A DNA stretch of 32,000 nucleotides from an uncultured Chloroflexia bacterium (lineage in GTDB: Bacteria > Chloroflexota > Anaerolineae > Anaerolineales > Anaerolineaceae). The stretch spans positions 300,001-332,000 of the forward strand of contig OY969938.1 of NCBI GenBank assembly GCA_963704755.1, written 5' to 3'. The first letter of the stretch is position 1; the number at the start of each line of letters is the position of its first letter. The notes under the pieces were generated by a model that worked only from the letters and a program-made list of their open reading frames with translations, did no database searches and was not told where the DNA came from. A program made the position numbers and the translations under genes. Shown piece by piece: positions 1 through 8,383 of this stretch.

Positions 1-592
1 TCGCGTTGAATAAGGGCTGCAAATCCGGCCCGATATCCTCAGTCAACCCGGCCTGCTGAGTGATCGCGTTGGCATAAATGACCGGGAAATCAGCCTGCCG
101 GTCAGAAGCGCCCAACTCGACGAACAAGTCAAAGGTATCATTCAACACCCGCGACGGCTCGGCATCTTTACGGTCCATTTTGTTGATGACGACTATCGCC
201 TTGTGGCCCATTTCGAGCGCCTTTTTCAACACAAACCGGGTTTGCGGCATGGGGCCTTCGGCAGCATCGACCAGAAGCAGCACACCATCCACCATGTTCA
301 TCACCCGTTCAACCTCACCGCCAAAATCGGCGTGCCCGGGGGTGTCCACAATATTGATCTTGACCAACTTACCAGTTTCTGGGTCAGGAATGGTTACTGC
401 GGTGTTCTTCGCCAAAATGGTGATACCCCGCTCACGCTCCAGGTCATTCGAATCCATGACCCGCTCTTGGACCTGCTGGTTTTCCCTGAAAACTTTTGCC
501 TGTTTTAGTAAGCCATCAACCAGTGTTGTCTTGCCATGATCAACGTGGGCAATAATCGCCACATTGCGAATATCTTCTCTTTTACTTAACAT
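1..592 (-). CDS. typA: Translational GTPase BipA/TypA, N-terminal GTP-binding domain (partial; 3' end lies outside the window)
   Basis: The reverse complement from ATG (592..590) reads [31 protein letters not shown]...[20 protein letters not shown]...[17 protein letters not shown]...VVINKMDR. This gives G1 (AHVDHGKT), G3 (DTPGH) and G4 (NKMD) motifs with the BipA-type segment between them. The ORF runs off the window edge, so it is missing from the ORF track. Confidence 0.9.
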   Translation of the reverse strand, partial: MLSKREDIRNVAIIAHVDHGKTTLVDGLLKQAKVFRENQQVQERVMDSNDLERERGITILAKNTAVTIPDPETGKLVKINIVDTPGHADFGGEVERVMNMVDGVLLLVDAAEGPMPQTRFVLKKALEMGHKAIVVINKMDRKDAEPSRVLNDTFDLFVELGASDRQADFPVIYANAITQQAGLTEDIGPDLQPLFNA

Positions 593-720
593 AGAACCTT
601 TCCATCTACCTGGTAACATACAAGACCCCCGGCTAGGGCCGAGGGCGAATAGTCAATCGACTCTCAAATCATATCAAAAATATGGGTTTTTGTGAAGGTG
701 TAGACCTCAATCCGGTTTGA

Positions 721-1560
721 CTAATGACGGATGCTCTTCTTTAATAGGAGCAAATACAGCCCAAAAATGATCAGGCTGATGGATCCTGTATTGGCAATAA
801 ACGAGGCCGCGTTTTGGGGATCCCCCCCAATGTACAAACCCCAGCCAACGACCGCCAGCACTCCCCCGGGGATCAACGGCCACCAGATAAATTTGGTCGT
901 CAAAACCCGCGAAAACAGGATGATTAACCCCCAACCGATTGCAAAAAGTACCAGCATGGTCCCGGTCTTGGTCAGGGCGTTGATCGCAAATTGGGTACCC
1001 CAGGCTAAGTAGATCCCGGGTCCGATCGTGATCAACAAGCTACCCGGAATAATCAAGCCGAACAATTTCGAGAAGATACCCCAGGCAAGCAGGACCAGGC
1101 CTGTCCCGGTTAGCAAATACAAAACGAAGTCCAAAAATCGAAGCTCGCTGTAGATAAAACACAATGCTAACGAAGCCAGAATAAAGCCGGGCACCAGGGC
1201 CCAATAACTGGCTGGGAGCGAGGCAAAGCGGGCAAAAACCGGGATCAGTATCCAACCCAGGGCGAATGCGAACAATAAATAACCAATTCTGCGGGTTACA
1301 ATTCCCTCGACAGCCTGGTTCAGGAACAAAAAACCGCCCACACCCAGGCCTGCCACCAGGTTGCCCGTGATGGTCAGGGATAATTTATGCTCCCGTTGTC
1401 CTTCGATCAAAAAAACTATTGCCGAAATCGGTACAACCGTGAATAATAACCAACTGGTCTTCAAGTACTGGTCGATCAAAATTGCGATGCCAATGGCGAT
1501 CAACCCAATTCCGACCAGATGGGGAAACCCTCTTTTAGTGTCCAATTCTGTGCGATCCAT
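721..1560 (-). CDS. Polytopic integral membrane protein of unknown function (about 8-9 predicted TM helices), last gene of the kinase/regulator unit
   Basis: 279-aa ORF that is almost entirely hydrophobic, Gly/Leu/Ile-rich helices. It is co-directional with the response regulator and 119 nt downstream of it. GGA-rich stretch precedes the ATG. No recognisable catalytic motif. Confidence 0.6.
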   Translation of the reverse strand: MDRTELDTKRGFPHLVGIGLIAIGIAILIDQYLKTSWLLFTVVPISAIVFLIEGQREHKLSLTITGNLVAGLGVGGFLFLNQAVEGIVTRRIGYLLFAFALGWILIPVFARFASLPASYWALVPGFILASLALCFIYSELRFLDFVLYLLTGTGLVLLAWGIFSKLFGLIIPGSLLITIGPGIYLAWGTQFAINALTKTGTMLVLFAIGWGLIILFSRVLTTKFIWWPLIPGGVLAVVGWGLYIGGDPQNAASFIANTGSISLIIFGLYLLLLKKSIRH

Positions 1561-1679
1561 ATTTCATCCGCCAATTATGCTAATCTTACCTTAATATAAA
1601 TCCTTTTTCCCTTAGTGACTATCCTGCTAATCTCATAAATAATTATCACTGCCGGGTATGACCCGTTATGACCACCCAT

Positions 1680-2336
1680 TTAAATGACGCCAAGCTCCCG
1701 CGCTCTCAATACGGCGTGCATCCGGTCGCGTGCATCCAGCTTTCCCAGAATGCTGGTTAAATGGTTCTTTACAGTTCCTTCGGCGATCACCAGGCTCTCA
1801 GCAATCTCTTTGTTACTGGCGCCGGTGGCTACCATCCGCAGAACCTCTAACTCCCGATTGGATAGGTTGGACGCAATCATTTCCTGGTTGACATGCACCG
1901 GGCGCGCGATACGCGAGAACTCCGCCATGACTTTCGCGGTAATAGGCGGGGGCAGAAAATATTCCCCGCGGGCCGCAGAGCGGATCGCCTCATTCAATTT
2001 TTCCGACGAGACGTCTTTCAACAAATAGCCGATCGCGCCGGCACGTAATCCCTCGAAGACATTCTCGTCGTCATCGAATGTCGTTAAAACGATCACTTTA
2101 CTGGATGGCAATATATCATGCAGACGCCGCGTCGCGGTCACTCCATCCATCACAGGCATCCGCAGGTCCATTAATACCACCGTTGGCGCAGTCGCGGCTG
2201 CCAACCGCAATGCCTCTTCGCCATTCGAGGCCTCTCCTACGACCTCGAAATCGTTTTGCACTTCCAACAATGTCCGCAATCCTTCACGGAAAAGCGCCTG
2301 GTCATCCACAAGAATAATTTTTATCGTTGGTGTCAT
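1680..2336 (-). CDS. Two-component response regulator, NarL/LuxR (GerE HTH) family
   Basis: The receiver domain shows ILVDDQ...VVLMDLRMPVMDG...VIVLTTFDD. The C-terminal LuxR-type HTH reads LSNRELEVLRMVATGASNKEIAESLVIAEGTVKNHLTSILGKL. Its start overlaps the kinase stop in an ATGA (2333..2336). Confidence 0.9.
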   Translation of the reverse strand: MTPTIKIILVDDQALFREGLRTLLEVQNDFEVVGEASNGEEALRLAAATAPTVVLMDLRMPVMDGVTATRRLHDILPSSKVIVLTTFDDDENVFEGLRAGAIGYLLKDVSSEKLNEAIRSAARGEYFLPPPITAKVMAEFSRIARPVHVNQEMIASNLSNRELEVLRMVATGASNKEIAESLVIAEGTVKNHLTSILGKLDARDRMHAVLRARELGVI

Positions 2337-3517
2337 CCTGGAACCCTGACCTCAAAGGCAAACCCTTGCCCGTTTATAGCCTTTAGAAAAACTGTACCAC
2401 CCAGGTGGGTAGCTCGTTCCTTTAGACCCATCAAACCAAACCCCTCGGATACGGTCTCAACGCCAATGCCATCGTCCTTTACTTCCAACCTGACCCAATC
2501 TGTGTCGCGGTAATCCAGCGCCAGCCAGATATGCTCTGCTTTGGCATGCTTGCAGGTATTGCTGATACCCTCCTGGGCAGCCCGGAAGAGTGTCCAATAC
2601 GTGGGCAAATCCAACTCGCGTTCCTCCCCGGCAATATCCAGGCAAGGATCTATTCCAAAGGGTTTTACTCCGTCGAAGAGGTTGCGGATCTGCTCTGACA
2701 AGGTCCCCTGTGGCTCTTCCTGAGCCCGCAGCGTGGCGACCGAATGGCGAACGTCCGCCAGAGCCTCCTGGGTCAACGCCTGGGCCTTGAGCAGCATCTC
2801 CGTTGCCCGTTTCGGGTCCTTCGGGTTAATGGCATTTGCAGCCTGGATCTGCATATGGATGGTCGTCAAATAATGACCTAACCCATCATGGATTTCCCTG
2901 GCCAACCGGTTCCGCTCTTTGATCGTCGCGAGGTCTTCAACCTCGAGGGCGTATTCGCGCAGGCGCTGGTTGGCGACCGTCAGCTCATTGACCAGCCGTT
3001 CGACTTCCCGTCTCGACGATTCCTCGTTCAGGGCCATCTGGGTAAAGATCACAATAAAAATCAACCCGGCTACAAAAGTTGGAAATCCCTGCCATACCGC
3101 CTGAATACTACCGCTATAAAGGAACACCGCTCCAACGTAAGAAACAGCGATCAGCAATTGAGCCAGGTAGCCGGCCCGCTTGGGCAGCAGAACAGCCGCA
3201 TGGCCGGCCAGGGGTAACAACACCATGGCATTGAAACCGGCCCCTTTACCGAGATAAACGATCAGTCCACCCAGGGGAATTTGCACCACGAAATAGCCGA
3301 TTTGAAACAAATCCCCTTTGGCCTGGGCGCAATAGGCATAACCATAAATCCCGATAGCCAGGTATGCCATGCCTAACAAGATCAATAAAACGATCGTCGA
3401 TACGGATGCCTGTTGTAATGCACTGAAAGTAGCAAAATAAGAAGCTAATACAACGACCGCAAAAGCCAGGTCGGCGTCTCCGCCTGTGCGAACAATCGAT
3501 GGCTTTTGATAATCCAT
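2333..3517 (-). CDS. Sensor histidine kinase, HisKA_3 type, with a multi-TM N-terminal domain
   Basis: The first ~170 aa form about 5-6 TM helices. These are followed by a coiled linker, the H-box RLAREIHDGLGHYLT typical of HisKA_3/NarX-like kinases, and an HATPase_c region (EGISNTCKHA, KDDGIG, GFGLMGLKERA). Confidence 0.85.
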   Translation of the reverse strand: MDYQKPSIVRTGGDADLAFAVVVLASYFATFSALQQASVSTIVLLILLGMAYLAIGIYGYAYCAQAKGDLFQIGYFVVQIPLGGLIVYLGKGAGFNAMVLLPLAGHAAVLLPKRAGYLAQLLIAVSYVGAVFLYSGSIQAVWQGFPTFVAGLIFIVIFTQMALNEESSRREVERLVNELTVANQRLREYALEVEDLATIKERNRLAREIHDGLGHYLTTIHMQIQAANAINPKDPKRATEMLLKAQALTQEALADVRHSVATLRAQEEPQGTLSEQIRNLFDGVKPFGIDPCLDIAGEERELDLPTYWTLFRAAQEGISNTCKHAKAEHIWLALDYRDTDWVRLEVKDDGIGVETVSEGFGLMGLKERATHLGGTVFLKAINGQGFAFEVRVPG

Positions 3518-3573
3518 ACGGCAATTATATCCTATGGCCTATCTCTTCTCCGCCTGTCCACCGCGAACGGCGG

Positions 3574-3624
3574 GTCACATCTTATCTGTGACCTGTTTCC
3601 CGCAAATGTGATCCTGCCTGTGAC
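3574..3624. promoter_or_regulatory. Candidate operator cluster: GTCACA-N7-TGTGAC inverted repeat followed by TGTGA-N7-TGTGAC direct repeat
   Basis: GTCACA at 3574..3579, TGTGAC at 3587..3592, TGTGA at 3607..3611 and TGTGAC at 3619..3624. All lie in the 241-nt divergent region between the kinase start (3517) and the radical SAM start (3759). Confidence 0.25.
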
Positions 3625-3758
3625 CCTGGATACATCTCACCGTTTCGCTATGAAGGTATAGTTAGAAAAATTTCTACCATTCGGATACGCGCTATCCAAT
3701 CAATAAGGCCTCGCACCCATCCCCAATCAAAACACAAAAGTTAATCAGAGGTAAAAAG

Positions 3759-5301
3759 ATGAAAGTATTATTGATCCAGCCAGAATTTCCAGACACCTTT
3801 TGGAGTTTTAAATACGCGCTACAGTTTGTTTCGAAAAAAGTTTGCAATCCACCCCTGGGGCTGATTACTGTGGCGGCTATGTTACCAGAGGACTGGCAGG
3901 TGAAATTAATCGACTTGAACCTGCATCCCCTTTCGACCAACGATCTCCAGTGGGCCGATCTTATTTTCGTTGGGGCGATGAACGTACAACGCTCGTCAGC
4001 CAAGGATGCCATCCATCAGGCTAAACTGGCCGGAAAAACTGTCGTCGCTGGTGGGCCTCTCTTCACCGGCGAATGGGACCAATTCGAGGAAGTGGACCAC
4101 TTCGTTCTGAACGAAGCCGAAATCACCCTGCCGATATTTTTACAAGACCTTGCGAATGGTAACCCCCGCAAAGTTTATTCTACCGAAGAATTCGCCGAAA
4201 TCACTCAGAACTCCCACCCCCCGCTGGGACTTGCTGGAGCTGAACAAGTACAATTCAATGAATGTTCAGTTTTCGCGCGGCTGCCCTTACAACTGTGATT
4301 TCTGCAACGTCACTGCCTTGCTTGGCCATCGCCCGCGGACGAAGACGGCCGACCAGTTGATCCAGGAACTAGATTCCCTCTATTCGGCCGGCTGGCGGCG
4401 CAATATCTTCCTGGTTGACGACAATTTCATCGGCAATAAGAGAGTCCTTAAAGAGGACATTCTACCGGCGCTGATCGAATGGCGTAAAGGCAAAACAGGC
4501 TGCCTGTTTCTCACCGAGGTCTCGATCAACCTGGCCGACGATGCCGAATTGGTTGACCTGATGGTCCGGGCCGGGTTTATTTCTGTCTTCGTCGGTATCG
4601 AAACACCGGACGAGACCAGCCTGGCCGAGTGCAATAAGAAACAAAACCTCAACCGTGACTTGACCAGCATCGTCTGGGGCCTGCAAAATGCCGGGCTGCA
4701 GGTGATGGCCGGCTTCATCGTCGGGTTTGATACCGATCAACCTTCCATTTTCCAACGCCAGATCGATTTTATCCAGAAAAGCGGCATCGTCACTGCCATG
4801 GTTGGGTTGTTACAAGCACCCTTCGGCACCGAGCTGTACGCACGCATGGAGAAGGAAGGCCGTTTGATCCAACAGATGTCTGGCGACAACGCGGATGGCA
4901 CAACGAACATCGTGCCGCGCATGAACGCGGAAGTCTTGCAGGACGGCTATCGCCAGATCATTCGTACTATCTATTCGCCGCGCTTTTTCTACGAGCGCAT
5001 CCAGCAGTTTCTAACCCAGTATCACCCGGCCCGCAACTCCGTGACCATCGAGCCGAATGAAATCCTGGCTTTTTTCCGCTCCATTTTCTACTTGGGAATA
5101 ATCGGCCCGGAGAGAAAATATTACTGGCGCTTAATATTCTGGACCATTTTCCACCGGTTTGATTTGTTCCCCCAGGCCATCACCTTCGCGATATACGGTT
5201 TCCATTTCCGCAAAGTGAGCCAGAAGGTGGTCGTCTCAGCCAGCCAACCGCTGAAAAGCCAGGCCAAACAGCAAAATGTACCTGTGCCAATCCATGGTTA
5301 A
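3759..5301 (+). pseudogene. B12-binding (class B) radical SAM protein with a DUF4070-like C-terminal region, interrupted by a 1-nt insertion (pseudogene or sequencing error)
   Basis: ORF 3759..4298 gives the cobalamin-binding N-domain (MKVLLIQPEFPD...NPPLGLITVAAMLP...LIFVGAM). ORF 4150..5301, one frame over, gives PRWDLLELNKY...QFSRGCPYNCDFC (CxxxCxxC) and the rest of the radical SAM barrel and tail. The span is 1543 nt (3n+1). The frames join cleanly within 4200..4223. An AGAGG RBS precedes the ATG at 3759. Confidence 0.8.
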
Positions 5302-5341
5302 CCGGTAAAGCCGGTTATTACTCGGCTTAGTTCGGAAATTT

Positions 5342-5407
5342 GGGGTGTTCTATAGTTTTTCGTATCCTTCGGACGCGAAAAACTATAGAACACCACTTTC
5401 TTTTGCG
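5342..5407 (+). repeat. Palindromic element copy 1: perfect 19-bp stem with an inner mini-hairpin and a U-rich tail; likely intrinsic terminator of the radical SAM gene
   Basis: Arms 5344..5362 (GGTGTTCTATAGTTTTTCG) and 5376..5394 are exact reverse complements. The inner TCC-TTC-GGA forms a small hairpin, and the element is followed by CTTTCTTTTGCG. It shares its 5' GGGGTGTT, its ACACC and the 12-nt tail with the element at 23598..23666 on the opposite strand. Confidence 0.6.
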
Positions 5408-5423
5408 ATAAATGTTAATAGCC

Positions 5424-5458
5424 AAAAAAAGAGCGCACCATGGTGCGCTCTTTTTTTT
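5424..5458. terminator. Bidirectional rho-independent terminator between the convergent radical SAM and phnE genes
   Basis: A7 (5424..5430), the perfect 20-nt palindrome GAGCGCACCATGGTGCGCTC (5431..5450) and T8 (5451..5458). This reads as a GC-rich hairpin plus U-tract on both strands. Confidence 0.8.
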
Positions 5459-5474
5459 AGGTCCATTAAATGCT

Positions 5475-7542
5475 TTATACCAGTTGTTCTCTTAATTTTG
5501 CACTAGTAAAGTCCATCAAGGCCACTACCACAACGATGAAAAGCACCACAGTCCCGGCTTTATGGTATTGCAGCGAACCGAAGAACGTCGAAAGAGTCAG
5601 GCCGATGCCACCCCCACCGGCGAAACCGATGATCGTCGCCATACGGATGTTGATATCCCATTGGTAGATCAGGTATGAAACAAAGGCCGGCACGATCTGT
5701 GGAACGATTGCAAAACTGATCGTTTGCAGGGTATTCCCTCCGGTAGCCGTAATTGCCTCGATCGGCCCATCCTCGATATTTTCGATCGCCTCCGAAAACA
5801 GCTTACCGATCAAACCAAAAGTGGTAATGGCCAGAGCCAACATACCGGCGAAGGGGCCGATACCCACCCAGGCGACGAAGATTGCGACATACAACAAAGC
5901 TTCGATCGAACGGAGGATATTAAAATAACGACCTGGTCGCCACGTACAGCCAGGATGTGGCTGCTGTTTTCCCGGTCAGGTTTCTGGCTGCCAAAAAACT
6001 AAAGGGTAAAGCCACCAACGCGCCTAACGTCGTTGCCAGCAAAGCCTGGAATATCGTCACCAGCATTTGTTGGACGACTGACGAAACCAGGGTCGGAGTA
6101 AAGTCCATGGCCAGGAAATCCCCGACCATGCGGAAGAAAGTTGGCGCGGGGTGGAATATATCTTTCATGTTGATTTCACATACGTTCCAGAAATACACGA
6201 AGAAACCAACGCCAATCGCGGCTAACAGGATGTTGCGTACATACGTGAAGACCTTATTCCAATGGGTTTTCGGTTCGGCTTTTGGTTTGTCCTGCAGAAT
6301 GTTTTCACGCAGTTTCGAACTGATGTAGTCCACCAGGATAATCACAACCGCCGTGACCCACAAGGCCGAAGCATACAACTGGAATGCGCCTGCCCGGATG
6401 GTCTCGATCACAAAGAAGCCAATACCACCCCCGGCGACAAAGCCGATGACGGTCGCGGAGCGCATATTGATATCCCAGCGCAGTAAGGTATAGGCCAGAA
6501 ACGAGGGTGTAATTTGCGGAATGACACCGTAGCGGATCGTCTGGATCAGATTGGCGCCCGTGGCGGTCAAAGCTTCGACCGGGCCGGGATCGATGTGCTC
6601 GATCTCTTCTGAATACAATTTTCCCAGGGCGGCAATCGAATGGATGGTTAACGCAATCACACCGGCAAAACTGCCCAACCCCACCCACACAATGACAATT
6701 AACCCCCAAACCACCGTATCAATCGCGCGGACCACATTCAAAATACCGCGCATCGCAAAATAGATAACCTGCCCGCCAGGAACGCGCGACATGATGTTGT
6801 GCGCAGCAAAGAAACTGATCGGGAAAGCCAGAATGGTCGAGAAAATGGTGGCCAGCAAACCAATCGCGATGGTTTCGACCATCTTTCCGGCGACATACGT
6901 GGTTATCTCCTGGCCTTCACTGGCCAGCCCCAGGTTCACCATCCAGGCCGGAGCAGCGGTCTTTGTAATTTGCCCGAAGATATCCAGAAGGTCGTTGCTG
7001 ATTTGAATATTCTGGGGCGGCTGCGTTCCGGAAATTTTGGCGCCTATATATTCAACCACGCAATTCCATGAACATGCCTGGACCTGGTTGCCAGTCACAA
7101 CTTTGGCAAGCTCCGGGTTAATCAGCAAGTTCATGATTTTCTTGGCGTCATCGAAACGGGTCACCAGGCGGTCCAGCTTAACACTGGTCACGTTCCAGGC
7201 AATCACATAAGTAATAAGGGCTACGATCACCAGCGCCGGGAAGGTATTGATGGATTTCCCATTGCTGAGAAAATAAGCATCGAGTACATTCCAGATCCAG
7301 AAAAGAATCAGAGGCAGCCACAGCCAGGTGGTTACAAAGCCGGATTGGCCAATTTGGCCGACTTTATACTCGGTTAGCCCCCAATTCACCAGGAAAAAAG
7401 AGATTGTAGCCGCGAGAAAAATGACCAAACTACGCCAACGCCGGTTTTCGATGAATTGCCCAGACCCCGGAATCAACAGCGATGCGATAGCGGGCAAATA
7501 TTTTTTGCCGGTCGGCTCTATGATCTTTGCAGGAGTCGTCAT
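5475..7542 (-). pseudogene. phnE: Phosphonate ABC transporter permease, tandem-fused PhnE-PhnE with a ~200-aa N-terminal membrane extension; second repeat interrupted by a 1-nt insertion
   Basis: ORF 5920..7542 contains one complete PhnE unit (LNVVRAIDTVVWGLIVIVWVGLGSFAGVIAL...EALTATGA...RWDINMRSATVIGFVAGGGIG). It also contains the start of a second unit (LPFSFLAARNLTGK...WLYVATRS). ORF 5475..5897, plus its upstream open frame, continues the second unit (YFNILRSIEALLYVAIFVAWVGIGPFAGMLAL...EAITATGG...QWDINIRMATIIGFAGGGGIG). The span is 2068 nt (3n+1). Confidence 0.8.
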
Positions 7543-7591
7543 TTAGGAATAATCAAGACCTCAACGAATCTATCAAATTCGGCTTGTGAAC

Positions 7592-8351
7592 TTACACTAA
7601 CGATACACGTTCGGCTTCTTGTCCGTAAATCTCTTTGAACTGGGTATCGTCGATTTCTTTAGGCAATCCTTCAAAAACAAGGTTCCCAATCTTTTAAGGC
7701 AATAGCCCGCGTGGCATACCGGTGGACCAGGTCTAAATAGTGCAGGCTGCATAAAACCGTGATGCCGCGATCTTTGTTCAGTTGCTCGAGATATTTCAAA
7801 ATTGAATGGGCAAGTACCGGGTCAAGGGAAGCCACCGGCTCATCCGCCAGGATCAATTTTGGCTCTTGCATCAAAGCCCGCGCGATCCCGACCCTTTGCT
7901 GTTGTCCGCCAGAAAGCGAATCGGCCCTGACGTGAGCTTTTTCTACCAGGCCTACCTGGTCCAGGCTGTCCATTGCCAGCTTGTGATCCTGCCTGGAGAA
8001 AATATTGAGCATACTGGAGAAGGTATTGACGTAGCCCAACCTTCCCGACATCACATTGGTCATCACAGAAGATCGCTTGACCAGGTTGAACTGTTGGAAA
8101 ACCATTCCAATTTGACGGCGGATCTTGCGAATATCACCCCCCGTCGCAGCCGTCACATCTTGATCGTTCCAAATGATTTTTCCGGAAGTAGGCTCGACCA
8201 GTCTGTTGATACAGCGTAATAACGTTGATTTCCCCGAACCACTCAGACCAATTACAGCCAGAAATTCTCCGTCAGCTACTTCAAAACTGACATTTCTTAA
8301 CGCTTGTGTTCCATTAGGATAGGTTTTTGATAGGTTTTCAACACGTAACAT
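7592..8351 (-). pseudogene. phnC: Phosphonate ABC transporter ATP-binding protein PhnC, C-terminus displaced by a 1-nt insertion
   Basis: Walker A (GLSGSGKST), Q-loop, signature (LSGGQQQRV) and Walker B (ILADEP) are present. ORF 7671..8351 ends abnormally (RAIALKDWEPCF*). The adjacent frame continues as GNLVFEGLPKEIDDTQFKEIYGQEAERVSLV* to a stop at 7592..7594, which is the expected PhnC tail. The span is 760 nt (3n+1). Confidence 0.85.
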
Positions 8352-8383
8352 GGGGTATAGGTTGTAACTACTCTTTGTCTGGT

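Noticed and set aside
3574-3624. Reading the TGTGA/TCACA cluster as CRP/FNR-family sites.
   Set aside because: The CRP consensus is TGTGA-N6-TCACA. Here the half-sites are in the opposite relative order (TCACA-N7-TGTGA) or are direct repeats, so the CRP-site label is not supported. The cluster is kept only as a generic operator candidate.
3518-3758. A cobalamin riboswitch upstream of the B12-binding radical SAM gene, or a c-di-GMP riboswitch in the leader of the GGDEF-EAL gene (10860..11069).
   Set aside because: I could not find a B12-box-like core or the conserved GEMM-type helices and loops by eye. Only generic complementary segments are present. An Infernal scan would be needed to overturn this.
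4195-4225. Programmed ribosomal frameshifting as the explanation for the five split genes.
   Set aside because: The five sites share no common slippery heptamer, no stimulatory downstream structure and no family precedent. In each case the zero-frame product would be a non-functional truncation. A sequencing artefact or a genuine mutation is far more likely.
3759-5301. Naming the radical SAM enzyme as a Fom3/PhpK-type phosphonate methyltransferase because it neighbours the phn operon.
   Set aside because: The genes are convergent, so they are not co-transcribed. No phosphonate biosynthesis genes (for example pepM) are in the window. The C-terminal region looks like the generic DUF4070 type. 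The idea is kept only as a low-weight hypothesis in the findings.
5342-5458. The long perfect hairpins (5344..5394, 8384..8419, 18114..18158, 21564..21606, 23608..23666, 26993..27041) as a CRISPR array or transposon inverted repeats.
   Set aside because: They are isolated single palindromes in intergenic gaps, not regularly spaced direct repeats with spacers. No transposase or cas genes are present. Only two of them (5342..5407 and 23598..23666) resemble each other.
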